From assembly GCF_006345805.1 (NCBI RefSeq), contig NC_043022.1:11346001-11410000 (forward strand): DNA of 64,000 bases. The letters are read 5' to 3'. The position numbers and the translations under genes were made by a program. This document shows positions 14,201 to 25,900 of the stretch, piece after piece (within the stretch, counting starts at the first letter, position 1; each line of letters begins with the position of its first letter). Source of the stretch: Octopus sinensis (taxonomy: Eukaryota). Under the pieces are notes generated by a model. The model saw only the letters and a list, made by a program, of their open reading frames with translations. It had not been told where the DNA came from and searched no databases.

Positions 14201-17200
14201 AGACTCATCCAGCTTATGCCATCATGGAAATTCAGTGATGATGATGATGATCATCATGATACTGATGATATATACTTTTTATAATTGTCTAAGTTGTATT
14301 GAATTTTGTCTGCATTCACTATATTTACCAATAATAAAATTGCCACTGCTAAGTCAAAAAAAACCTTGAAGTAATCTAAAAATGTATGTTATCTAATAAC
14401 ATACTATCCTCTATCCTCAATGCAAGTGGTGCTCTCATTGTGTCTTTTTTAGAGTTAGTGGGTTGTGAGAGGTGAAGCACCTAGCTTTATAAGACAATTA
14501 AACAGTAATTTTAATTATTTGCAACATTCATCCTGGACAGCATCCAAAATAAACCACTTGACTGTTTGACGTAAAGTCACCCCTTGCATATTCTCAGCTT
14601 CTGGCCCACAAATGTACTGTCTCCCTATCTCTGCTCCTTAGTGCTAGCTGGTCTCATGACATCTCCTCTCAGTAACTCCTAACTCTTTCATCTCATTTCC
14701 TCTCACTTATTGTTACACCAGCATCACACTAATTACTAAACCGATTCATTCATCCCCAAAATGCCAGAACTTTGGAATACACTCCTTGCACATATTTTTC
14801 CTGTAGCAGTTGACTTAAAACTGTTTTGGAAAACTTTCATCCAGTTCGTTGCCCAATTTAACACTGCCAACTGGATCTTGAGTATCTTTTGTGGTGTCTA
14901 CTCTGTTCTAAGTATTCAGAGCCCATCTGTGATCAGAGGATAACTTCTTTCCTGCTACCAGTCTCCAAGGCCCTCAAAAGGCTTATAGGTGGTCCTTTTT
15001 TACTTATTTGATTAAGCAATAAAATAAAATAAAAATGTATGTGTCTTTGTTTATATCAGTTTGAACGATTGTATATGACCTCATGTCTGCCTGTGTCTGT
15101 TTTGTCTTCATTTGTATAATTATTTAATTGTATTCTTTGGTTCCAGTATTCTGCAAGAAACGAGAGGAATTCCTATGCCGTGAGGGAACTGTGTGTCTTC
15201 ATATTTCTCAAGTCTGTGATGAAGTCGTTGACTGTCCGGACAGTAGTGATGAGACAAATTGTCGTTGTATGTTTCTGCTCATAGCATCCATTTACAATAG
15301 TGTTTCATCAGAAAAACTAAATATGACAGTGGAAAAAAGAAAGAACTTGGGGAACATTGTTAATGTTGTTATTGTTGCATTAAATATAATGATGGGCATG
15401 TGGATTACAGTTCTGTCTAAATTGATTAAAATACATTTTCCACTGCTAAAAGAATGCAGTATATTGAATTAAGTACCGTACTTGAAGACATAATGTTTGC
15501 AGTGAATACAAAAAAATACTGCAGCAATAACTTCAAGCCTTGGTTGGCATGAGCTTCACCTTAAGATGTTTGCTTCACAAGTTCTTTGTTCTAGATTGTT
15601 TAATCTAATTATATGGCATCTTAGGCAAATGCATTCTACCTTTGCTTCAAGTTGACCAAAGATTTGTGGTTGAAATTTTTATAGACAGGAAGTGTGGGAG
15701 TACACTATTGGGACTGTTCCTACTCTTAATTTGTTACCCATTTTAATACCTATTTCTTTATTACCCACAAGGAGCTAAACATAGAGGGGACAAACAAGGA
15801 CAGACATAGGTATTAAGTCGATTACATCGACCCCAGTGTGTAACCTGAAAGGATGAAAGGTAAAGTTGACCTCGGCGGAATTTGAACTCACAACGTAACG
15901 GCAGACGAAATACCGCTAAGCATTTCGCCCGACGTGCTAACGTTTCTGCCAGCTCTCCGCCTTTTAATACCATCTCCTGGCTCGTGTGGGTCTTTGGCAG
16001 TATCTACTCAATTGCAAACATTCAGTTCAGTTTGAGAATAACTTCCTCCCTTCCACCAATCAATCATTAAGGCCCAGAAAAGGGTTGTAGGTACTGCCTT
16101 TACTCTTCTAATAAAACCATTAATTCCTTCCTCTATTACTTCATTCCCAAGTTCTTGGAGGCAAACAGATTTGTCATGTATTACCTCTTGAGAGAGTACT
16201 ATTCATTTTTCTTTGTTCTCAGTATTACTGGCCTTGACTGTATTTTACTGCATAAGCAACCACTTATAAGAACAAAAAAGGATGAGGGCACAGCTAAGCT
16301 TAAAACTGCGAAGACCTTTTGCATAATGTGCTCCTATCAACAATAGAGAAGTCACACCTGTTTTATTGTAATGTGTTGGTTAAATCTAATGTTAACTAGC
16401 ATTTTTAGATCCAAATCAGCTCTGGTTAGACAGAGCCATGATCAAACAAATTCCAACTGTGGCCACACCTTTTGAATTTCAGTATAAAATAACTCCTATT
16501 CAACTTCTATTTGACCCACTCTGCACATCTATAAATACACACTGATTTGCATAAGCAGTGTTAGTCTGGTAGCTACGTCAACTAATTAAATACCAATAAT
16601 TTATACATATGTGTTTGTGTATATATATACACACACAGACACACACACACACACACCATTCTTTTAGTTTAATCGACAGCGGTGGTGCTCCAGCATGGCC
16701 ACAGCCTTCGGGCTGAAACATTTTTAAGGATTTAATCTATATTTTACCCCCAGTTTGAAGGGTATCACTGAATGTAATTACATCTTGCAGAAAGGTGAAC
16801 TGATCACAATTTCCCCATTTTCAAATTTTTTTGTTCACTTTAGGGGTTTCAAATCCAATTCGTCTCAGCCATTATAAAATCTAGTTTTTTCCACTGTTCA
16901 TATTTCTTTTTCATCCTGTTACCATTACATAATACCCAGCATGACACTCAACCAACCAACCATCTGTCAATCTATTCTATGCATTTGTCTGTCTATATCA
17001 TGGTCAACCAGTCAGCTTTGTTTGCCACAATGTCTGTCTGAGAGATGTACGTTCAGTTTTAGTCTGCATCATACTCAACCCTTCATTCATGACTTCTTTC
17101 TGATTTCTTGCTGACTGCCTGACAGAACCATACATTACTGGCTCATTTTATTGACCATTCTTTGCATGATTCGATAATATATATATATATATATATGTAT

Positions 17201-20200
17201 GTACTTATGTATATATGGCGAGTGAGACAGATTAAAACTGCTGTATGATGAATATTTGGTTTATGTAGTTAAAAAGAAATGGAATGAAAATGGAGAGTTC
17301 ATTTATTTTCATGTCTTTTGGGTTGCATTGATTCATATATTACTATATATTTTGAAGATGCTTTAGCCTTATACATTGGAAGAAATGTTCCAATTGCTTG
17401 TGTCTAATTATGTTTAATATTTTAAAGTTTATTTTTCATAATATCCATAGTTATCAATTTCAATAATTTAAATAAATACCTTAGTTATTTGAGTTGCATT
17501 CCTGGACAAGGTACATAACTCTGCTTGCTTCAGATATTTGCCTGACTTAATTAGTGGCTGAAAGGGTATAAGAAATGGCATAACTTCACCTTGTAAAGCC
17601 ATCCCTTTTCATATCTGCATGAAAAATAGAAAAAAATAAATGGATGTAAACCAACCCCTCAAAAGTAAAGAAGAAAAAGTTGTATGCTTTATCAAAGGGA
17701 GTCTAAAGCATTTGAATGTACTCCTTTGACTTCTTACTTATTCTCTTTAAGTGAACCATATAAGTAAACATATCTAATTTCTGCTATAATTTTGGAACTA
17801 GTATTTCTCCCTTGGTTTTGTAATAGCATTGTCATTCTTACCACCTACCCCATCCCTCGCTGAATCCCTCAAAAATCTGCATGGCCATTATATGGAAGAA
17901 CTTCTTTACCTTGACTGTAGAACTGATTCATTGGTTTAACTTGTATTTGTTATCGTCTACTAAAATGCCATTTGTAGATTAGTTAATAACGTTGTATATC
18001 TTCTACATTATTATGTATGTACATAAGTGTATTTGTGTGTGTGTGTGTATACTCTTTTCTTTTAGGTCTCAGTCAGTGGACTGTGGTACAAAACAATGTG
18101 AATAAATAAACATTACATTTGACAGAGTAATCTGAATGTAGAAGGGTCAATGGCTCATCTGCAACAGGCAAGCTACAAAAATGGATTTACTTAGTTCAAC
18201 ATTGAGTGCATATAGGTGCAGAGGGATCTTCAATAGACTAAAACTTCATGATTAAAACTTCATATTCTCTCATTAAATCCACTTGACATTCAGTTGAATT
18301 TTATTGAGCCAATGTTGTACACATTTCTCTGCGTCTTCTTTGTACGTAACATGGTCAACAGAAGTACATAAATTTTTGCATTGGAGAACATCCCAAAGAG
18401 TGTTCCCTGTTACACAGTCACACATGGTGTGGGTGAGAGCAGATGTAGCTCCACGTGTTGAGTGTCATTTCAGTTATACCATCACCTTTATTCGTTGATT
18501 AATGTTTATCCACTTAACCCAATTTGCTACCATTTCCATTGTTGTTTTCCTTTACTGCCGTAAAGTAATTGCTGCTGCACTTGTGATGTTGTGGGGTAGC
18601 TAAAATACTAATAAAAAGAGACCATGATGAACTTCTTAATTAGCCTTGTTATCTAAGTGGCATAATTAATGTTGAGAGTGAATCTAGTGTTGTAATAAAT
18701 TTGTTTAAGAATACAGAGAACTGTTATTTCTAATGACAACAAAGAGCTTCTTATTTCATATAAAATGAAATCTAATAACAAATCTAATAAGGAGCATAAC
18801 ATATATATAATTGTTTCCACCTTTTCTGTTCTAACACTTACTGTTCAGATGAATTGGTTCCAATCATTGTAATACATAGTGTTGGCTGAAAAACGAAAAA
18901 AGGAAACAAAGATACATTCTGAAGTACATTATGGATATGGAGTAAACACTGTTAACACATCACTAATTTTAAATGAACATATGAAGTATTCATAAGAAAT
19001 ATCATGGTGCATGGTTGTAACTCTTGATCAGAGCAATTGGTAACAAATTAGTAGGGTATTGTTAACTTATAAGATAGACTGAGTAAATCATCATCATCAT
19101 CGTTTAACGTCCGCTTTCCATGCTAGCATGGGTTGGACGGTTCAACTGGGGTCTGGAAAGCCAGAAGGCTGCACCAGGCCCAGTCTAATCTGGCAGTGTT
19201 TCTACAGCTGGATGTCCTTCCTAACGCCAACCACTCCGAGAGTGTAGTGGGTGCTTTTTATGTGCCAGACGAGGCTGGCTAACGGCTACGATTGGATGGT
19301 GCTTTTTACGTGCAAGCGGCATGGAGGCCAGACGAGGCTGGCAACGGTCACGATCGGATGGTGCTTTTTACGTGCTACTGGCATGGAGGCCAGTCAGGGC
19401 GGCGCTGGCTACGGCCACGTTCGGATGGTTCTCTTACATGCCACCGGCACTGGTATCACAGTTACAAATTCCATTGATGTTGATCGATTTTGATTTTGAT
19501 TTTGATGTTGATTTTCACTTGCCTCAACAGGTCTTCACAAGTAGAGTTTTGTGTCCCAAGTAATTGGGTATGTACTAATGGGTAGATATAATGAGATATA
19601 ATATGTAGTCAGTGTGAAAAATTTCTACCATGTGCTGATAGTAGAAAGCATTTATGGTAGAAATTGATCAAAGATTTAAGATGGTATAAGGTCAAACCAT
19701 TTATAGGGACACCAATGAAGACCAGTCTGATACAAGTCAGTGTGAAAAGATGAGGAGAATAATATTAAGGTGATTGTGAGTGTGTGTGTATGTGTGCAAA
19801 TAGACATATGTATGTATGTATATGTATTTAGTAACTGTTGTTATTCTGGATAAGATTGCCACTCTACCATCTAGTCTATAGCTTCTTCAAATACCATGAA
19901 AGTCAGATGGAAATTACAACCACCCAACAACTGAACACTGGCATCAAACCAAAGTACAAATGTAACAACAATTAGCATATATACATAGAAAGATTTATGA
20001 AACTTCTTCTGAATGTATTTTGAGTACTTGTTGGAGTTTTACAAAAAAACAACAGTTGCCAACCTCGCACTATATACACATAAATATGTATAGAAATTTA
20101 TAATCTAATGTTATATTATCATTAACCTGTATGTGCATGCATTAATATAGGCAAAAAATAAATGACATATATTTCCTTGTTTATTTCAACTATTCTCATC

Positions 20201-22950
20201 CAAATATATTAAATACTGTTTTTATTCATTGAACCTATTATACCATCAACATATCACCCACATCATTATTTCAATTCTGCTTTGTTTCATGAGTTCAAAT
20301 GTCACCATGCCGACTATCACAAAGTATATCTGACTTAAAATAGCTGAGAAACTGTATAGCTAAAGCTTTGTCATACGTGTGTGTATGCTTACACACACAC
20401 ACACACACACACACAGACACACACACACAGACACACACACAAATGTGTGGGTGTGTGTATATATGTATCTATCATCAGCATCATCATCCTCATCATTTAA
20501 CATCTGTTTTCCATGATGGTATGGACTGGACAGTTTTGTAGGAGTTGGTAAGCCAGAGAGCTGCACCAGACTCTAATTGTCTAATTTGGCATGGTTTCTA
20601 CTGCTGGATGCCCCTCCTAATGCCAACCACTTTAACAAAACGGACTTTTGGTGTTTATGTGTCGCTGGCGCACACACACACACACATATGAATTTACAAG
20701 TGTCTATCTTCCTAACACTGATGTACACACATGCATACACACATATGTACATTTACATATGCTTTAATTTGACAATGATTTATACAAAATGCTGTTGTTA
20801 ATAATTTCTTTACATTTCTCTTTTGTAAATGATATTTTTCATGAAATTTCTCTCTTCTAAGCACAGATTGCAATTCCCATCAAAATAATTATATTTTCTT
20901 CTTTTCAAGAATCAATAAATTCAATGTGATTGTTATTTCAAATACTTATCTCTTTTTTATTTTTCTTGTTCTTTAGCCATAGTATGTACAGCTAACCAGT
21001 TCCAGTGTGATGGCCGCTGCTTAGACTTGTCTTTGGTATGCAATGGTCAAATTGATTGTAGAAATGGGTTTGATGAGGCAGAATGTTCAGGTAATTATTT
21101 CAGGAAAACCCCTATTATATCCCAGACTCAGTCACAAACTGTAAATATACCCATCTATATAAGCCCAAGAAAAATACTTCTGCATGTTTGCTTGACCTGC
21201 TAGAAAAAGCAGCCATATCTCCTCATTATATCCTACCATTATAAGAAAAGAAAGACCACAATGGCTAATGTAGTCTTAGTCTTTTTTAAATACAATGATG
21301 GGATGGTCATGATTGAAATGTCTTTCAATCAGAGCTAACTTGATGTTATAATATATGCAATTTGTTTTCTTTTCTGTTGTGCTGTACACAGGCCCAGTGT
21401 TGTATTGGATTTTCCCAATCATTATTTTATACTGCAAAATGCTATGAATTTAAAATTCAATGTGTTCAAGTATGGTTGTATAGTTTAGAAATTTGCTTCA
21501 CAACCATATTCTATATTTCATTTGATCCCACTGTGCAGCACTTTGAAGAAATGTCTTTGACTACAATTTCTACTTCACCAATACTGTGGGAGTGAAATTT
21601 GAAACAGCACAGAAGCTTATATACTGCATGTGTGGCATGAGTGTGTGTGTGTATTACTATTATCATTTCTTAAATATAGCCACAAAACAGGTGCCGTTAT
21701 TCTGCCAAATATATACATTTTATTTACTATTTTGCATATTAATTAATCATTGTTATATGTTTTATCTTATATTAAATTTTTCTATAATATGTAATTTTTC
21801 TAAATATAATTTAATTTTTCATTATTGAATCGATAAAAAGTGGGGTTTTTTTTTCTAATTTATATATATATATCTCTTATTATAAAAGGCAGATTTTATC
21901 TGCCTCCCTTTGTCAGTTATAGAAATCTACAATATAGGATTTCTTCAATTACAATTTACCTAGCATTTTTAAGAGTAGAATGCATCGAGTCATGCCAGGT
22001 CCAGTTTTAAAAATTTAAACTCCAATTAAGCAAAATTTACAGAAAACTCACATTCTGGTGTGTATGTCAAATGCTTTTCTTAATGTGGTTTACACCACAC
22101 GCACACGCACACACACAGTGTGCAACGAATAAAATGAAAGTAATTCACTGTGTGTGTGTTGACAGATAGACAATAGAATGCGATGGCGATGGCGATGTAA
22201 TATTTGTTTCTGTCTATCACGCTGATAGATACATGAGTAAAATGTATGGCAAGCTAAGAGATAAGAGTGAGTAAAAATGTTCTTGGAAGAGAGTAAATAG
22301 CGAGAGTGATTTGAGGAAGACTTTACATTAAATAACCGTAGTGGCTTGTATATATATATATATATATACATACATAAGACAGTAAGGTGTGATTTGAGGG
22401 AGATTTGGCTGCTATTTCTACCATGTCTAGCTGCCATGTAGGGGTCTCCCTCATAGGCTCATACATATATACATAGATAAGACAGTAAGGTGTGATTTGG
22501 GGGAAATTTGGCTGCTATTTCTACCAGGTCTAGCTACCATGTAGAGGTCCCCCTCATTGGCTCATATATATATACATAAGACAGTAAGGTGTGATTTGAG
22601 GGAGATTTGGCTGCTGTTTCTACCAGGTCTGTTAGGCCTTCTCATGTAAACTCAAGCTTTCTCATGCCTTGAACATAAGACCAAAGCAGAGAATGTATTC
22701 TTTTATTCTTCTGCCTTTTCCAGCCATTGGTCTGTGGCCGTGCTGGGGCAATGCCTTGAAGAATTGTAGTTTAATGAATCAACTCCAGTTTTATTTTTGT
22801 AAGCATTGTACTTATTCTATCTGTTTCCTTTGTCAAACCACTAGGTGACAGGGATGTAAACAAACCAACATTCGTTGTCAAGCAGTGGTGGAGGACAATC
22901 ACAAGCACAGACACGCACACACACACACATACATGCATACACATATACAC

Positions 22951-22981
<31 letters not shown>

Positions 22982-25900
22982 TATGTGTGTATATATATAT
23001 TGCAGCGTGGAAGGTGTTTGTAAGCCATTTAAGAAACACACAAAAACCCTTAGATTCACTTCAACATTTAAATTTAATTTGCCAAAATATTTTCCTCGCT
23101 TTGAGACCGCGACCTGTTCACTGACAAAAATATCGTGCTAACAGGTCGCGGTCTCAAAGCGACGAAAATATTTTGACAAATTAAATTTAAATGTTGAAGT
23201 GAATCTAACGGTTTTTGTGTGTTTCTTAAATGGCTTATAAACACCTTCAACGCTGCAACTGTTTTCGTTCCAGCACACGATCTCAGATCAAGTCACTTGC
23301 TATGCAAGTACATCTCTGTAACTATATATATATTTATATATATATATGTATATTGGTAAAAACAGTAAGATAACAAAAGAAAGAAAGAGACCTCAATATT
23401 ATGTAAATAGAGGAAATCTTTATATATAAAAGTTAGGTTGTGTGTCTGTCTCCTACGATTTAGATTCCTAACTACTCTCACATTTTGCGGTGCAGTTTAA
23501 CCAAAACCGGGTATCTTATAGTCATGATTCATATCGAGACCGTCTGGGTATTAGCGCGCGTCTACGATGAGTCTACGATTTAAAAAAAAATTTACCATCA
23601 ATTTTTCCCATTTTTAATCCATTTTTGACATATATAAGGGAAGTAACTCTCTAAAATTTATTATTAAATCTCAGAACGTAAAAAGCTACAGTAACACCCC
23701 TCCCCCTTTGTGGTTAGCCATATTGAGATGGCTATTATACTTTACATCTCTAAAAATGCTTATATAATTATTTCCCTTACAAACCCGAGCAACGCCGGGC
23801 GATACTGCTAGTATATATATATACATGATGGCTGCTCCCTCGTTATCGAGTATGGCCATTGCACAAAGCTTAACTGTTATTGGTGCTATGATCGAATGTG
23901 ACTTTTTAGCCCAGCTAAAGATCTACAATGTCTTGTACAGAATTGGCAACTAATACCTTTACCGGTAATAGCCGGCTGTAGTTGTAAATGGGCTTCATGT
24001 ACCTTTGCATGTCATTTAAGTCCTCCTGCCGAATTACACTCTCTTCCACATGCCCGACAGATATGTATATATATATATATAATGTATATACACACTCAGA
24101 GTAAAGACCCCCCTCAGTCATGAATGACCATGGGATTGCACCTAGAAAGTTCCCCTCCAAGGTACTTGTCTGGGCAAATTTGTTTATGAAAGTCCAGCAG
24201 TTGCCCATGCATACCAGTCTTCCCTCTCTATACCTCTGATGTTATCCAAAAGAAAGGCAAAGACCTATACAACTTGGCACCAGTGACGTCACGACTCATT
24301 TTATAGCTGAATGAACTGGACTAATATGGTATGTGTGTGTGTGTGATCATTTAATGTCCTTTTTCCATGCTGGCATGGGTTGGACTTTGGACAAGAACAG
24401 ACAAGCCACTGTGTATGTGTGTGTCTTCCATTGATGTGCTTCAGTGGGAAAACCAAAAACCTAATACTTAACTAACAGAGGTCCTTGAGATATTTGTTCT
24501 GCTCTAAGTTACAAATACTTCCTTGTCATACTCATTGTTACATATGCAGTGAACCAGTGATTGGTCAATTAGAAACCTGTCACCATTTGTTGACTGATTA
24601 CAATACGAATTATCTAAAATAAAAATAAAACTCTGATAACAGAATGGTGGTGCCCCAGCATGGCCACAACACGTGAGCTAAAATTAGATAAAATGAAAAA
24701 AATGAAAAATGAACAGGATTAATAGTTAAAATAGTTAGTTATATTTATTGTTACACAGTTCTGATTTGCAACTGTGATTAGCGAGAAATGGTAAATCTAT
24801 TGCTTGGTATCTGTAATCTGTAGAAAAGTGAGCTTTTTATAACATAAGTTATTTGTTAAAATGGTTTTATATACATAGAATATAGAGTTTGAATAGCTAT
24901 AGTAAATAGGTATCAACTTATTGGGCAGCAAGATTTACTGTTATTTGTCAGTCCAATGAGGGAGCTTCAGTGTGGTCCTCTGACCTACTGGAAATAGCAG
25001 TGAAAATCTTTAAATTATACCCTCACTGCTTCAGAAAGTGAGAGATAATGTAGTTCTAAAGATTCAGTACTTGAAAGAAGGATGGAGTGGTCATGGCTGG
25101 AATATACCTTTCATTATAGGTCTGTCCTGCTAGGGCTGACATGAAGTTAAATGTTATTTGTAGCAATATTTATTGTTAATGTAAGATGGTTTATATACTG
25201 TACTACAAGCAGTGGTGGACTGGGTCTAAAAATATTGGTTGCCAGGAGACTAAGGGAATCCACCCACAACCACAATGGTATCCCTCTTTTTTTTTTTTGT
25301 TGTTGTTGTTAAAAGTATTCTTTTCACCTGTCTACAGGCACAGCGAGGCTGAAATAATTAATGCATTCTTCCAGAAGTGAATAAAAAATTCTCAAACCTT
25401 AGGGGATATGTCCCTTAGATACTAACATGGGCCCCCATATATGGATTCTAATGGCGCAGAGTTCCACTTGCCATCAGGCAGGCTGGCAGCCCGGCCAGTC
25501 TGCCACTGACTACAAGCAACTTTACACGATTTATTGTACTCCATTTATAGATTCAGCTTTGTTGGAACTTCTGTTTTAAATATACTTTAGGTTGGCAAAA
25601 GTGATAGAGTGCTGGACAAAATTATTAAGTTACCACTCTTTACATTCTGAGTTTAAATCTCACTATCATTTTTCTGAGTTTGGTGGAGTAATGAAGTAGG
25701 TAAAATACTGGATAAAATTTAATTGACTACACCTTCTCCTAAAATTTGTAGCTTTGAGCAACTGTCAGAAATATAGAACTAGGATCTATTGAATTTTCCA
25801 ACAATGCACCTTAAATGCGAATGGAATTATAATTAAAGACTACCCTAACAGAATTTTCCATTCCATTCCATTTACAGTGGAATTAGAAAACTTATTTTTG

